64,000 bases of DNA from Candidatus Eiseniibacteriota bacterium (GTDB lineage Bacteria; Eisenbacteria; RBG-16-71-46): the NCBI GenBank assembly GCA_041483195.1, contig JBGPFC010000005.1, positions 64,001 to 128,000 of the forward strand, in the 5' to 3' direction. Shown here in pieces: positions 1-9,997 of the stretch. The notes under the pieces were generated by a model. It was not told the DNA's origin, ran no database searches, and worked only from the letters and a program-made list of their open reading frames with translations. The position numbers and the translations under genes were made by a program. Numbering within the stretch: position 1 is the stretch's first letter; each line of letters starts with the position of its first letter.

Positions 1-107
1 CCTGGGGCGTTCAGTTCCATCCCGAATCGGTGCTCACCCGGCCCGGTCTCAAGCTGATCGAGAATTTTCTGACGCTATGCCGTCAACACAGGAGTGCTCA
101 GCTTTGA
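1..107 (+). CDS. trpG: Anthranilate synthase/aminodeoxychorismate synthase component II (glutamine amidotransferase), 3' end only
   Basis: Frame from nt 3 reads [23 protein letters not shown]...* with the class I GATase H-x-E motif; stop TGA 105-107 overlaps the trpD TTG; not in the ORF track. Confidence 0.9.
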   Translation, partial: WGVQFHPESVLTRPGLKLIENFLTLCRQHRSAQL

Positions 108-1111
108 TCCAGTCGGCGATCGGACGTGCCGTGATGCGGGACCACCTCACGCGCGACCTCGCGCGAGCTGCGATGGACCAGATCCTGGCGGGAGAGGCCA
201 CGCCCGCGCAGATCGCGGCGCTCGCCGTGGCGCTGCGCATGAAGGGCGAGGTCCCGGACGAGATCGCCGGGATGGCCGACGCGATGCGCGGCCGGATCGC
301 GCCGATCCGCACGCGGCGCAGCCCGCTGATCGACACCTGCGGCACCGGCGGCGACAACGCCGGCACCTTCAATATCTCGACCACGGTGGCGATCGTGACC
401 GCTTCGTGCGACGTCGCCGTCGCGAAGCACGGCAATCGAGCGGTCTCCTCGCGCACCGGCAGCGCCGACGTGCTCGAGACGCTGGGCGTCCGGCTCGATC
501 TCACGCCGACGAGCGCCGGCCGTTCACTCGACCTGCTCGGCATCACGTTCCTGTTCGCTCCCCACTATCACACCGCGCTGCGGTACGCGGCGGGACCGCG
601 ACGCGAGATCGGCGTGCGCACGGTGTTCAACGTGCTGGGCCCGCTCACCAACCCCGCGGGGGCCACGCGCCAGCTGCTCGGGGTGTACGCCGATCCGCTG
701 GTGCGGACCGTGGCCGACGTGCTGAAGGATCTGGGCAGCGAGCGGGCCTGGGTGGTGCACGGCCGCGACGGCCTCGACGAGCTCACGGTGTTCGCGAAGA
801 CCCACGTCGCAGAGCTGAAGGACGGCGCGATCCAGGAGTTCGAGATCGATCCCGCCGCGCTGGGGCTGGCCCACACCGACCGCGCGGGCGTCGCGGGCGG
901 CGACGCGGCGGCGAACGCCGCGAAGGTGCGCGCGGTGCTGGCTGGCGAAAAGGGCGCGGCGCGCGACATCGTGGTGCTCAACACGGCCGCCGCGCTGGTC
1001 ACCGCCGGCGTCGCACCCACCATCGAGGACGGCGTGACGCGCGCCGCCCGGGCGATCGACAGCGGCCGGGCCGGCGAGAAGCTCGCCGAGCTCGCCGCCT
1101 TCCGCGGCTGA
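104..1111 (+). CDS. trpD: Anthranilate phosphoribosyltransferase
   Basis: [34 protein letters not shown] and GLDE motifs; TTG start at 104 preferred (AGGAG upstream, TTGA overlap with trpG); ORF track start is 77. Confidence 0.97.
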   Translation: MIQSAIGRAVMRDHLTRDLARAAMDQILAGEATPAQIAALAVALRMKGEVPDEIAGMADAMRGRIAPIRTRRSPLIDTCGTGGDNAGTFNISTTVAIVTASCDVAVAKHGNRAVSSRTGSADVLETLGVRLDLTPTSAGRSLDLLGITFLFAPHYHTALRYAAGPRREIGVRTVFNVLGPLTNPAGATRQLLGVYADPLVRTVADVLKDLGSERAWVVHGRDGLDELTVFAKTHVAELKDGAIQEFEIDPAALGLAHTDRAGVAGGDAAANAAKVRAVLAGEKGAARDIVVLNTAAALVTAGVAPTIEDGVTRAARAIDSGRAGEKLAELAAFRG

Positions 1112-1145
1112 TCTCCGGCACGGCGTTCAGACCGACGAGGCGCAC

Positions 1146-1958
1146 ATGGCGAATCCGGGCACCGATGTCCTGAGCCGCATCGCCGGGGACCGACGCCGGG
1201 GCGTCGACGCCATGCAGCGCGCCGTGCCCGGACACGTGCTGCGCGCGCGCATCGGCAAGATCCAGCCCGCGGGACGGCTCGAGCGGGCGCTGCGGCGCGG
1301 CGCGCGCGAGGCGCCGCTGCGGCTGCTGTGCGAGATCAAGCGCGCCTCACCGTCGCGCGGCGTGCTGCGCGAGTCGATCGACCCGGCCGCGATCGCGAAG
1401 GCCTACGCCGATGGCGGGGCGGCCGCGATCTCGATCGTGACCGAGCCCGATCACTTCCGCGGCGATCTCGAATGGATCGGCGCGGCGCGCGCGGTCACCG
1501 CGCTGCCGCTGCTGCTCAAGGATTTCGTGCTCGACTCCTACCAGATCCTCGATGCGGCGGCGCGGGGCGCCGACGGCGTGCTGTTGATCGCGGCGCTGCT
1601 GTCCGGAGTCCAGCTCCAGCGCCTCATCACCGAGGCGCGCCTGCTGGGCCTCGATTGCCTGGTCGAGATCCACGACGCCATCGAACTGCGCGCGGCATTG
1701 GTGGCCGGCGCCACCCTGATCGGGATCAACAACCGGAACCTGCGCACCTTCGAGGTGGATCTCGGCACGTCGATCGCGCTGCTGCCCCAGGTGCCGCCGC
1801 TGGTCACGGCGGTCGCGGAAAGCGGAATCTCGACCGCGGCCGACCTCGGCCGGCTCCGCGCGACCCGCTGCGACGCGGTGCTGATGGGCGAGGTGTTCAT
1901 GACGAGCGCCGACCTGGCGGGCACCCTGGCCGGCCTGCGCGCCGCGGCGGGGGGCTGA
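1146..1958 (+). CDS. trpC: Indole-3-glycerol phosphate synthase
   Basis: EIKRASPSRG, LLKDF, GINNRNL and AESGI motifs; operon position. Confidence 0.96.
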   Translation: MANPGTDVLSRIAGDRRRGVDAMQRAVPGHVLRARIGKIQPAGRLERALRRGAREAPLRLLCEIKRASPSRGVLRESIDPAAIAKAYADGGAAAISIVTEPDHFRGDLEWIGAARAVTALPLLLKDFVLDSYQILDAAARGADGVLLIAALLSGVQLQRLITEARLLGLDCLVEIHDAIELRAALVAGATLIGINNRNLRTFEVDLGTSIALLPQVPPLVTAVAESGISTAADLGRLRATRCDAVLMGEVFMTSADLAGTLAGLRAAAGG

Positions 1959-1959
1959 T

Positions 1960-2616
1960 GTGGCGGGCGTTCCGGGCCGCAGGCGAACCCTGGTCAAGGT
2001 GTGCGGCATCACGCGCCTCGATGACGCGCGGGCCGCGCTCGAGGCCGGCGCCGACTGGCTCGGGTTCGTCGTGCTGGGCGAGAGTCCGCGGCGGATCGCA
2101 CCCGAGCGCGTGGCGGCGATGATCGCGACGCTGGGCGAAGCGGTCGCCGTCGCGGTGATGGTGTCGCCGACGCCCGAGCAGGCGCTCGCGCTCGCGACCC
2201 GCGCCGGGGCCGGACGCGTGCAGGTGCATCGCGTCGATGCGTCCGGCTGGCCCGCGACCTTTCCGCTGCCCGCGTCGTTCGCGGTCCCGGTCGCGCGCGA
2301 CGGCTCGATCGCGGAGGCACTCCCGCCGATGCGTCATCTGGTGATGCTCGACAGCGCGCACCCGCAACTCGCGGGCGGGACCGGCGAGACGTTTCCATGG
2401 GAGACCGCGCGAATCGTCGCGGCGACGCGGCCGTTGCTGCTCGCGGGCGGGCTCGATGCCGACAACGTCGGGGCGGCGCTCGATCGGGTGCGGCCGTTCG
2501 GGGTGGACGCCTCGTCGGGCCTCGAGCGCGCGCCGGGCGTGAAGGACCACGACCGGGTGCGGCGCTTCGTCGCCGCCGTGAGGGAATGGGATGAGCGCAA
2601 CCCCGACCGCGGCTGA
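1960..2616 (+). CDS. trpF: Phosphoribosylanthranilate isomerase
   Basis: [21 protein letters not shown] and GVDASSGLE motifs. Confidence 0.95.
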   Translation: MAGVPGRRRTLVKVCGITRLDDARAALEAGADWLGFVVLGESPRRIAPERVAAMIATLGEAVAVAVMVSPTPEQALALATRAGAGRVQVHRVDASGWPATFPLPASFAVPVARDGSIAEALPPMRHLVMLDSAHPQLAGGTGETFPWETARIVAATRPLLLAGGLDADNVGAALDRVRPFGVDASSGLERAPGVKDHDRVRRFVAAVREWDERNPDRG

Positions 2617-3790
2617 GGCTCGCGGTCACTTCGGGCCGTACGGCGGGCGCTTCGTTCCCGAGACGCTGATCTTCGCGCTCGATCAGCTCGAGGACGAGTA
2701 CGCGCGCGCGCGCGCGGACGCGGGCTTCGAGCGCGAGCTCGCAGAGACCCTGCGCGATTTCGCGGGACGCCCGACCCCGCTGTTCGAGGCCCGCCGCCTC
2801 GGCGAGGCCGCGGGCTGCCGGGTGTTTCTCAAGCGCGAGGACCTGTTGCACACCGGCGCGCACAAGATCAACAACACGGTGGGCCAGTGCCTGCTCGCGC
2901 GCCGCATGGGCAAGCCGCGCGTCATCGCCGAGACCGGCGCCGGGCAGCACGGCGTCGCGACCGCCGCCGCCGCCGCGCGCTTCGGGCTCGTGTGCACGGT
3001 GTACATGGGCAGCGAGGACGCGCGCCGCCAGCACCTGAACGTGGAGCGCATGAAGCTGCTGGGCGCCGAGGTCCGCGAGGTGGACGCCGGAAGCCGCACG
3101 CTCAAGGACGCGATCAACGAGGCGCTGCGCGACTGGGTCACGCGGGTGCGCGACACGCACTACGTGCTGGGATCGGTGCTCGGCCCGCACCCGTTCCCGA
3201 CCATCGTCCGCGATTTCCACAAGGTGATCGGGATCGAGGCGCGCGCGCAATTCGAGGCGCAGGCGGGAGGGCTGCCCGACGCGCTGGTCGCGTGCGTGGG
3301 GGGCGGCAGCAACGCGATCGGCCTGTTCCACGCGTTCCTCGGCGAAGCGTCGGTCCGCAAGGTGGGGGTGGAGGCGGGCGGACACGGACTCGCGAGCGGC
3401 AAGCATGCCGCCCGCGTCCCGGAGCACAGCGTGGGCGTGCTGCACGGCACCCGCACGCTGGTGCTGCAGGACGAGCACGGCATGATTCGCGAGACGCATT
3501 CGGTCTCGGCCGGTCTCGACTATCCGGCACTCGGCCCGGAGCACGCGTGGCTCGCGGATCAGGGCCTCGCGGAATACTCGAGCGCCCGGGACGACGAAGC
3601 CCTGGCGGCGTTCGAGACACTCGCGAAGCTCGAGGGCATCCTCCCAGCGCTCGAGACCGCGCACGCGCTGGCCTGGGTGCTGCGCGAGGGGAAGACCCTG
3701 GGCGCCGACGCGCGGGTGATCGTCAATCTCTCCGGGCGCGGCGACAAGGATGTGAGCGAGGTGCTGCGCGTGACGTGGCGCGCCGGATGA
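2591..3790 (+). CDS. trpB: Tryptophan synthase beta chain
   Basis: [15 protein letters not shown] (PLP lysine), [23 protein letters not shown] and LSGRGDKD motifs. Confidence 0.98.
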   Translation: MSATPTAAEARGHFGPYGGRFVPETLIFALDQLEDEYARARADAGFERELAETLRDFAGRPTPLFEARRLGEAAGCRVFLKREDLLHTGAHKINNTVGQCLLARRMGKPRVIAETGAGQHGVATAAAAARFGLVCTVYMGSEDARRQHLNVERMKLLGAEVREVDAGSRTLKDAINEALRDWVTRVRDTHYVLGSVLGPHPFPTIVRDFHKVIGIEARAQFEAQAGGLPDALVACVGGGSNAIGLFHAFLGEASVRKVGVEAGGHGLASGKHAARVPEHSVGVLHGTRTLVLQDEHGMIRETHSVSAGLDYPALGPEHAWLADQGLAEYSSARDDEALAAFETLAKLEGILPALETAHALAWVLREGKTLGADARVIVNLSGRGDKDVSEVLRVTWRAG

Positions 3791-4497
3791 GGCGCGGCCC
3801 GCGCGTGGGCGCGATGGCGGCGCTCGCGATCGGCTGCGCGAGCGCAGTCCTGTTCGCGGTCGCGATCGGGGGTTGCTCGAAGCGGCGGCCGCACAAGTCC
3901 GTGCCCACCCAGCCGGCGCCACCGGCGGTGCCGCTGGCGACCACTCCCGAGGAAGCGGTGCGGCTGATCGAGTGGAGCTGGAACAACCGGAGCGTCCCTG
4001 GACTTCGCACGGTGCTCAGCAACGATTTCGCGTTCGGCTGCGCGCCGGCGGACACGGCGGGGAACCACTATCCCGGCCACGCCCTCATGCGCGCGGACGA
4101 GCTCACGTCCGCGCAGCACCTGTTCGTGGACGGAACCGTGAGCGAGCTGCCCGCGAGCCATATCACGGTCACGTTCGATCCCAACCTGGTTCCGGTTCAG
4201 GATGGGCGGCCCGGCAAGCAGGACATGACCTACCATCTCGAGATCGTGACGTCGATCGTGGTGGCGATCGACACCGACATCGAGGCGTTCCGCCTCACCG
4301 GCAGCGCGCGCTTTCACGTGGTGCGCGGGGATTCCGCGATCATCCCGGCGGACCTCGCGGCCGCGGGGGTGATACCGGACGCGCATCGTTGGTACGTCGA
4401 TCTCTGGGAGGACGAGAGCGGGGGCCCGCGTCCCGGGCTGGCCGCGATGCCGGCCCGGAGTGCGACGCTGTGCCAGGTGATGGCGCTCTATCGATGA
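3787..4497 (+). CDS. Hypothetical lipoprotein, possibly NTF2/SnoaL-like fold
   Basis: ATG at 3787 overlaps the trpB stop (ATGA); signal peptide with lipobox-like IGGC, Pro-rich linker, then a globular domain ([17 protein letters not shown]...LSNDF...[10 protein letters not shown]); real part of track ORF 2887..4497. Confidence 0.75.
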   Translation: MRRGPRVGAMAALAIGCASAVLFAVAIGGCSKRRPHKSVPTQPAPPAVPLATTPEEAVRLIEWSWNNRSVPGLRTVLSNDFAFGCAPADTAGNHYPGHALMRADELTSAQHLFVDGTVSELPASHITVTFDPNLVPVQDGRPGKQDMTYHLEIVTSIVVAIDTDIEAFRLTGSARFHVVRGDSAIIPADLAAAGVIPDAHRWYVDLWEDESGGPRPGLAAMPARSATLCQVMALYR

Positions 4498-4563
4498 GGG
4501 CGCACCCCGCGCGAGGAAGCCGGCGCGGTTTCGCGCACCGGCGCGCGGCACGCCGCGCCGCGC

Positions 4564-4593
4564 GTGACGCGCCTCGCGACGGTGTGCTATAAA
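4564..4593 (+). promoter_or_regulatory. Putative sigma70 promoter of tRNA-Arg
   Basis: GTGACG (4564) followed by extended -10 TGcTATAAA (4585-4593), about 11 nt upstream of the tRNA. Confidence 0.55.
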
Positions 4594-4604
4594 CACTGGC
4601 CGCT

Positions 4605-4681
4605 GCGCCCGTAGCTCAATTGGATAGAGCGTTAGCCTCCGGAGCTAAAGGTTACAGGTTCGATTCCTGTCGGGCGCACCA
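4605..4681 (+). tRNA. tRNA-Arg (anticodon CCG)
   Basis: GCGCCCG/CGGGCGC acceptor stem, D arm TAGCTCAATTGGATAGAGC, anticodon arm TTAGC-CT-CCG-GA-GCTAA, T loop GGTTCGATTCC, encoded CCA. Confidence 0.98.
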
Positions 4682-4714
4682 GTCCTTCCTTCCGCCGATC
4701 TCCGGCACGACCCC

Positions 4715-5758
4715 ATGACGAACCCACCGGGCACGCACGACCGCTTCGAGCCCCACGCCGCGAACGCGATGGCGTCGATGTTCGACGGCGTCTCACCGCG
4801 CTACGACCTGCTGAATCGCCTGATGACGCTGGGCCAGGATGGCGCGTGGCGGCGTGCGATGGCGGGCGCCGTTCCGGAGCGCGCGCGGATCGTGCTCGAT
4901 CTCTGCACCGGGAGCGGGGTGTCGCTCGCGGGACTCCGCCGTCCGGGCCGCACCGTGCTCGGCATCGACGTGAGCGTCGCGATGCTCGAGCGGGCGGACG
5001 CCGAGCAGGGCGGCGGGGGCTGGGCTCCGCGCCTCGCGTGCGCAGACGCATTCCGGCTTCCGCTGCGCGACGCCTCACTCGATGCGATCACGATCGCGTT
5101 CGGAATTCGCAACCTGCGACCTCGTGCAGCTGCGGCCCTCGAGATCGCCCGCGTGCTGCGGCCCGGCGGCACGCTCGCCGTGCTCGAAGCCGCCGCGCCC
5201 CGGCCCGGGCCGTTCGCGCCCTTCCATCGGTTCTGGATCCGGCACCTGATCCCGCTGCTGGGACGCCTCTCGCCCGATCCCAGCGCGTACCGCTATCTGA
5301 GCGAGTCCATCTTGGAATTCGGCCCCGGCACCGATCTCGAACAGGCCTTGCTCGGGGCCGGCCTCGTGGTCGCGGGCCGGCGATCCTTCCTGCTGGGGGC
5401 CACCCGTCTATGGATCGTTCGGCGCCCGGTGGCCCATGGTGAAAAAGCAGCCGTGCCGCCCGCGACCGTGCAGAATGCGATTCTCGACTCGGGGAGCGGG
5501 GGAGAGTTCCCGCAGACCGATCCCGGGGCCGGTGCCGAGTACCGGGCCTGGACGATCGCCCAGCTCGCGGTGGCGATCGCACTGCTCGGGGCGCTGGTCG
5601 CGGGGCTCGCGTTGTTCCTGAAGTCCAGCGCCCGCTTGCCGTTGGACTCGCGGGGCCGGGCCCTGGCGCTGGTCCTCCTCATCCTCGGCACCCTCTTCAG
5701 CGCGGCACGCGTGCTCGCCCTGTTGCGCCGGATGATCGCCCCGCCCTCGCGGCGCTAA
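4715..5758 (+). CDS. ubiE: UbiE/MenG-family SAM methyltransferase with C-terminal two-TM extension
   Basis: MFDGVSPRYDLLNRLMTLG, VLDLCTGSG, AFGIRN, RVLRPGG and AYRYLSESI motifs; about 100 extra residues ending in two hydrophobic helices. Confidence 0.85.
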   Translation: MTNPPGTHDRFEPHAANAMASMFDGVSPRYDLLNRLMTLGQDGAWRRAMAGAVPERARIVLDLCTGSGVSLAGLRRPGRTVLGIDVSVAMLERADAEQGGGGWAPRLACADAFRLPLRDASLDAITIAFGIRNLRPRAAAALEIARVLRPGGTLAVLEAAAPRPGPFAPFHRFWIRHLIPLLGRLSPDPSAYRYLSESILEFGPGTDLEQALLGAGLVVAGRRSFLLGATRLWIVRRPVAHGEKAAVPPATVQNAILDSGSGGEFPQTDPGAGAEYRAWTIAQLAVAIALLGALVAGLALFLKSSARLPLDSRGRALALVLLILGTLFSAARVLALLRRMIAPPSRR

Positions 5759-5773
5759 GCCGTTCAAAGTTCC

Positions 5774-5789
5774 CGGCATAAGGGTTGCA
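5774..5789 (+). promoter_or_regulatory. Putative sigma54 (-24/-12) promoter
   Basis: CGGCAT-AAGGG-TTGCA has the GG-N10-GC spacing of YGGCAC-N5-TTGC(A); intergenic, about 47 nt before the cyclase ATG. Confidence 0.65.
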
Positions 5790-5835
5790 CAATCGTTCGT
5801 GGACGAGTCCAACACTCTGACCATGAAGGCGGACG

Positions 5836-6846
5836 ATGCTCGCCAGGGAACGAATTCTCGAGACGCTGCTCGACCTCTCGAACCGGACCAGTGGACGGTC
5901 CCGTCCGGTGCTGCTCGAGAAGGTGCTGCGCAGCGGGCTCGCGCTCGCGGAATGCGACGGAGCGGTCGCGCTGACCGCTCACGCGCGCCGTCACGAGCGG
6001 CTGGTGCTCACCCGCAGCGCCCGCGAACCGCAGCTGGTCGAGGTGTCGCGTCAGGGCAGCGACTTCACCCGCAGCCTCCTGCGTAACGGCATGCCGGTCG
6101 TCAGCCCCGACCTCGCCGACGACGGCCGCATCGGCGAAGAGGACCATTGTCCCGGGATTCAGCCCGGCCCCGCCCTCTACGTGCCGCTCTGGCAGCGCGA
6201 GCAGGCGAGCGGCTACCTGGCCCTGTTCCGGCACCGTGGCCAGCAGCGATTCACGAACGAGGAGACGCGCATGGCGTTGTTCCTCGGCGCGTGGACCGGG
6301 ATGGCGATCGAGAACCTGCGGCTGGCGGAGAGCCTCGAGAAGCTCGCGGTCACCGACGATCTCACGCAGGTCTACAACTATCGATTCCTGAAGACCGCGC
6401 TCCGCCGCGAGATCAAGCGCGCCGGACGCTTCGGGCAGGAGCTGGCGCTGGTGATGATCGATGTGGACAACCTGAAGGCCTACAACGACCGATTCGGCCA
6501 CGTGCGGGGCAGCTTCCTCCTCAAGGAGGCGGCCCAGCTGGTCGCCGAGCAGGTGCGGTCGTTCGACCTGCTCGCCAAGTACGGCGGCGACGAGTTCACC
6601 ATCATCCTCCCGCAGACCGATCGCGAAGGCGCGATGGTCGTCGCAGAGCGTGTCCGGGCGGCGATCGCCGGGCACGGGTTCCCCAATGCGCCGGACGGGA
6701 CCATCACGATCAGCCTCGGGGTCGCGACGTTTCCCGAGGATGCCGACGACGCGAGCAGCCTGATTCAGGCGAGCGATCGCGCGCTGTACATCGCGAAGCA
6801 GCGCGGGCGCAATCGAGTCGAGTCGTTGTGGACGCAAACGGTTTGA
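5836..6846 (+). CDS. GAF-GGDEF diguanylate cyclase
   Basis: N-terminal GAF; TDDLT, DVDNLKAYND.FGH, intact YGGDEF and RSFD I-site. Confidence 0.95.
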   Translation: MLARERILETLLDLSNRTSGRSRPVLLEKVLRSGLALAECDGAVALTAHARRHERLVLTRSAREPQLVEVSRQGSDFTRSLLRNGMPVVSPDLADDGRIGEEDHCPGIQPGPALYVPLWQREQASGYLALFRHRGQQRFTNEETRMALFLGAWTGMAIENLRLAESLEKLAVTDDLTQVYNYRFLKTALRREIKRAGRFGQELALVMIDVDNLKAYNDRFGHVRGSFLLKEAAQLVAEQVRSFDLLAKYGGDEFTIILPQTDREGAMVVAERVRAAIAGHGFPNAPDGTITISLGVATFPEDADDASSLIQASDRALYIAKQRGRNRVESLWTQTV

Positions 6847-6874
6847 CCGCTCCGGCACGGATGCCGGCGCAGCT

Positions 6875-6904
6875 TTGACCCTCGCGGGCGGCCGCTGCTA
6901 GACT
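6875..6904 (+). promoter_or_regulatory. Putative sigma70 promoter of the sugar-modification operon
   Basis: TTGACC-N18-TAGACT with a TG extension, in the intergenic gap. Confidence 0.55.
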
Positions 6905-6968
6905 CCGCGACCCCGGACGTGAAGGATGCGTCCGGTTCTTTGTCTCTGTGGGAAGGGAGGACCGAGGC

Positions 6969-8006
6969 GTGGCGGATCCGATCGGGATCGCGGTGGTGGG
7001 CACCGGCGACTGGGGCGCGAACCTGGTGCGCAACTTCGCACGCCTCCCGGGCGCGCGTCTCGCGGCGGTGTGCGACAGCGATCCGAAGCGGCTCGCCGCC
7101 ACCGCGGCCCAGTACCCCGGGGTGCGCGCGCTGAGCGCCATCGAAGAGGTCGCGGCCGACCCCGAGGTGCAGGGCGTCGTGGTGAGCGCCTCCGCGGTGA
7201 GCCACCATCCGCTCGCCCGCGTCCTGCTGGAGGCCGGCAAGGACGTGTACGTCGAGAAGCCGCTCACCCTCGAGGTCGCGCACGCCGAGGAACTGGTGCG
7301 GATCGCGCGCGAGCGCGGGCGAATCCTGATGGTCGGCCACCTGTTGCTCTACCATCCGGCGGTGCGCTACCTGAAGGGCATGATCGACCGGGGCGAACTG
7401 GGCGACCTCTACTACATCTACTCGCAGCGCGTGAACCTGGGCAAGGTGCGGCGCGACGAGAACGCGTTGTGGAGCTTCGCGCCCCACGACCTCTCGGTGA
7501 TCCTCCACCTGCTCGACATGGAGCCGATCGACGTGGTCGCGCGCGGCTCGGCGTTTCTCCAGGGACGCGTCGAGGACGTCGTGTTCGTCGATCTGCGCTT
7601 CCCGGGCGGCAAGCTCGCCCACGTCCACGTCTCGTGGCTCGATCCCCACAAGCTCCGCAAGTTTACGGTGGTCGGCAGCCAGAAGATGGTGGTCTTCGAC
7701 GACATGGAGGCGAGCGAGAAGGTGCGGATCTACGACAAGGGCGTGGACCGTGCTGGCGAGGTCGTGTCCTACGGCGATGCGCTCACCGTGCGCAGCGGCG
7801 ACATCCTGATCCCGAAGCTCTCGCTCCAGGAACCGCTGACGATCGAGTGCAAGCACTTCGTCGAGTGCGTTCGCGAGCGCCGGGTCCCGCTCACCGATGG
7901 CGAGGGCGGGCTGCGCGTGGTCAAGGTGCTGGCCGCCGCGCAGGCGTCGCTCGAGCAGGGCGGGGCGCCGGTGCCGCTCGCCCGCGCCGCCGCGGCGGTG
8001 CGATGA
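6969..8006 (+). CDS. Gfo/Idh/MocA oxidoreductase (WbpB/WlbA-like sugar 3-dehydrogenase)
   Basis: GTGDWG Rossmann motif, YVEKP, APHD; GTG at 6969 follows GGGAGG; track start is 6948. Confidence 0.88.
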   Translation: MADPIGIAVVGTGDWGANLVRNFARLPGARLAAVCDSDPKRLAATAAQYPGVRALSAIEEVAADPEVQGVVVSASAVSHHPLARVLLEAGKDVYVEKPLTLEVAHAEELVRIARERGRILMVGHLLLYHPAVRYLKGMIDRGELGDLYYIYSQRVNLGKVRRDENALWSFAPHDLSVILHLLDMEPIDVVARGSAFLQGRVEDVVFVDLRFPGGKLAHVHVSWLDPHKLRKFTVVGSQKMVVFDDMEASEKVRIYDKGVDRAGEVVSYGDALTVRSGDILIPKLSLQEPLTIECKHFVECVRERRVPLTDGEGGLRVVKVLAAAQASLEQGGAPVPLARAAAAVR

Positions 8007-8761
8007 GCGCCGCGATCGATCCCGGCGCGCGCGTCGGATCCGGCACCGTCCACGGCGAGGGCTGCGTGATCGCGGCCGGCGTGGTGATCGGATCGGGCTG
8101 CGTGCTCGGACATCACGTCGTCATCCACGCCGACACCGTGATCGGAAACGGGGTGCGGATCGACGACCACGCCACCCTCGGCAAGCGCCCGATGCGCGCC
8201 GCGAATTCCGCGACCACCCGCGAGCAGGAGCTGCCGGCGCTCACGATCGGAGACACCTGCATCGTCGGGACCGGCGTGGTGCTGTATCGCGGGGCGCGGA
8301 TCGACGCGCGGGTGTTGATGGCCGACCTGTGCACGGTGCGCGAGAACGTGACCATCGGGCGCGGGACGATCGTGGGGCGCGGCGTGACGGTCGAGAATTT
8401 CTGCACGGTGGGCCGCTATTGCAAGCTCGAGAGCGAGTGCTACATCACGGCTTACTCCGCGCTCGAGGATCGCGTGTTCGTTGCGCCGGGCGTCGTGACC
8501 TCGAACGACAACTACGTCGGGCGCACCGCGGAGCGATTCAAGCACTTCAAGGGCGTGACCGTGAAGCGGGGAGGACGGATCGGCGCCGGCGCCGTGCTGC
8601 TGCCGGGAATCACGATCGGAGAGGATGGCCTGGTCGCTGCCGGCTCGGTCGTGACCCGCGACGTGCCGGCGCGCACCATCGTGATGGGGTCTCCCGCGCG
8701 GGTGTGGCGCGAGGTGCCGGTCGAACAGTTGCTCGAGAACCAGGGCTGGGTGGACGCGTGA
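8003..8761 (+). CDS. Hexapeptide-repeat N-acetyltransferase (WbpD/WlbB-like)
   Basis: Left-handed beta-helix repeats, VFVAPGVVTSND, IGAGAVLLPG, AGSVVTRDVP..GSPAR; ATGA overlap with the upstream gene; real part of track ORF 6926..8761. Confidence 0.9.
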   Translation: MSAAIDPGARVGSGTVHGEGCVIAAGVVIGSGCVLGHHVVIHADTVIGNGVRIDDHATLGKRPMRAANSATTREQELPALTIGDTCIVGTGVVLYRGARIDARVLMADLCTVRENVTIGRGTIVGRGVTVENFCTVGRYCKLESECYITAYSALEDRVFVAPGVVTSNDNYVGRTAERFKHFKGVTVKRGGRIGAGAVLLPGITIGEDGLVAAGSVVTRDVPARTIVMGSPARVWREVPVEQLLENQGWVDA

Positions 8762-8786
8762 GCGTCGGAGAAGGGGGAACGTTGCG

Positions 8787-9917
8787 ATGACCGCCATGCC
8801 GACCAAATCCGCCATGAACGTGCCGCTGCTGGACCTCAAGGCGCAGTATGCGGACATCCGACACGACATCGACGAAGCCGTGCGGCGCGTCATGGAGAGC
8901 ACCCGCTTCATCGGCGGCCCCGAGGTGAGCGGCCTCGAGGAGGAGATCGCGCGCTACTCGCAGTGCGCCCACGCCGTGGCCTGCGCCTCTGGCACCGATG
9001 CGCTCCTGCTCGCGATCTGGGCGCTGGGGCTGGGACCGGGCGACGAGGTCGTCACCAGCGCGTACTCGTTCTTCGCGAGCGCCGGCACCATCGTGAACAA
9101 CGGCGCCACGCCGGTATTCGTCGACGTCGATCCGCGCACCTACAACCTGGACCCGCATCGCCTCGAGGCGGCGTTGACCCCGCGGACCAAGGCGGTCATG
9201 GCGGTCCACCTGTTCGGGCAGTGCTCCGACATGACGGCGATCAAGGCCATCTGCGACAAGCACAAGGTGTGGCTGATCGAGGACGCCGCGCAGGCGATCG
9301 GTTCGGAGTGGGAGGGAAGGCGGGCCGGCTCGATGGGCGACTACGGCTGCTTCTCGTTCTTCCCATCGAAGAACCTGGGCGCGATGGGGGACGGGGGCAT
9401 GATGGTGACCCAGAACGCCGACTACGCGGATCGCGTGCGACTGCTCCGCGAGCACGGCGCCCGGCCCAAGTACCACCACGGCATGGTCGGGACCAACTCG
9501 CGGCTCGATGCGCTCCAGGCCGCGATCCTGCGCGTCAAGCTCCGCCACCTCGATCGGTGGAGCGAGGGCCGCGCGAAGAACGCGGGGCTCTACGACCGCC
9601 TGTTCGAGGGCTCGCGGGTCGGCCGGCCGTATCGCGATCCGCGCGCGCGCCACATCTACAACCAGTACGTCATTCGCGTGCCCCGGCGCGACGAGCTCAA
9701 GACCTGGCTCGGCGAGCGCGGCATCGGCACCGAGGTCTACTATCCGATCCCGCTGCACCTGCAGAAGTGCTTCGCGTCGCTCGGACACAAGGCGGGCGAC
9801 ATGCCGCATTCGGAAGCCGCGGCGCGCGAGACGCTCGCGCTCCCGATCTACCCGGAGCTCACGGAGGACCAGATCCGTTACGTCGCGGCCAGCGTGCGCG
9901 ACTTCACGGACGCCTAG
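8787..9917 (+). CDS. DegT/DnrJ/EryC1/StrS PLP aminotransferase (WbpE/WlbC-like)
   Basis: SGTDAL, IEDAAQA, SFFPSKNLG (PLP lysine) and NSRLDALQAA motifs. Confidence 0.95.
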   Translation: MTAMPTKSAMNVPLLDLKAQYADIRHDIDEAVRRVMESTRFIGGPEVSGLEEEIARYSQCAHAVACASGTDALLLAIWALGLGPGDEVVTSAYSFFASAGTIVNNGATPVFVDVDPRTYNLDPHRLEAALTPRTKAVMAVHLFGQCSDMTAIKAICDKHKVWLIEDAAQAIGSEWEGRRAGSMGDYGCFSFFPSKNLGAMGDGGMMVTQNADYADRVRLLREHGARPKYHHGMVGTNSRLDALQAAILRVKLRHLDRWSEGRAKNAGLYDRLFEGSRVGRPYRDPRARHIYNQYVIRVPRRDELKTWLGERGIGTEVYYPIPLHLQKCFASLGHKAGDMPHSEAAARETLALPIYPELTEDQIRYVAASVRDFTDA

Positions 9918-9997
9918 CACCACATCGCCACGCGGCGCGCCCTCACCTACCCGCCCTGAGGCGGCGCGCCGGCTCGAAACTCCGAGGCGCATCGACC

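Noticed and set aside
8516..8527. 12-bp match GTCGGGCGCACC to the tRNA-Arg 3' end (possible att site)
   Set aside because: Short, GC-rich, inside an intact CDS, with no adjacent integrase; consistent with chance
8963..9997. Apparent 345-aa N-terminal extension of the histidine kinase
   Set aside because: Off-frame overlap with the DegT aminotransferase; low-complexity Arg-rich sequence. The same artefact inflates track ORFs 2887, 6926, 19098, 27821, 36371, 48373 and 52061
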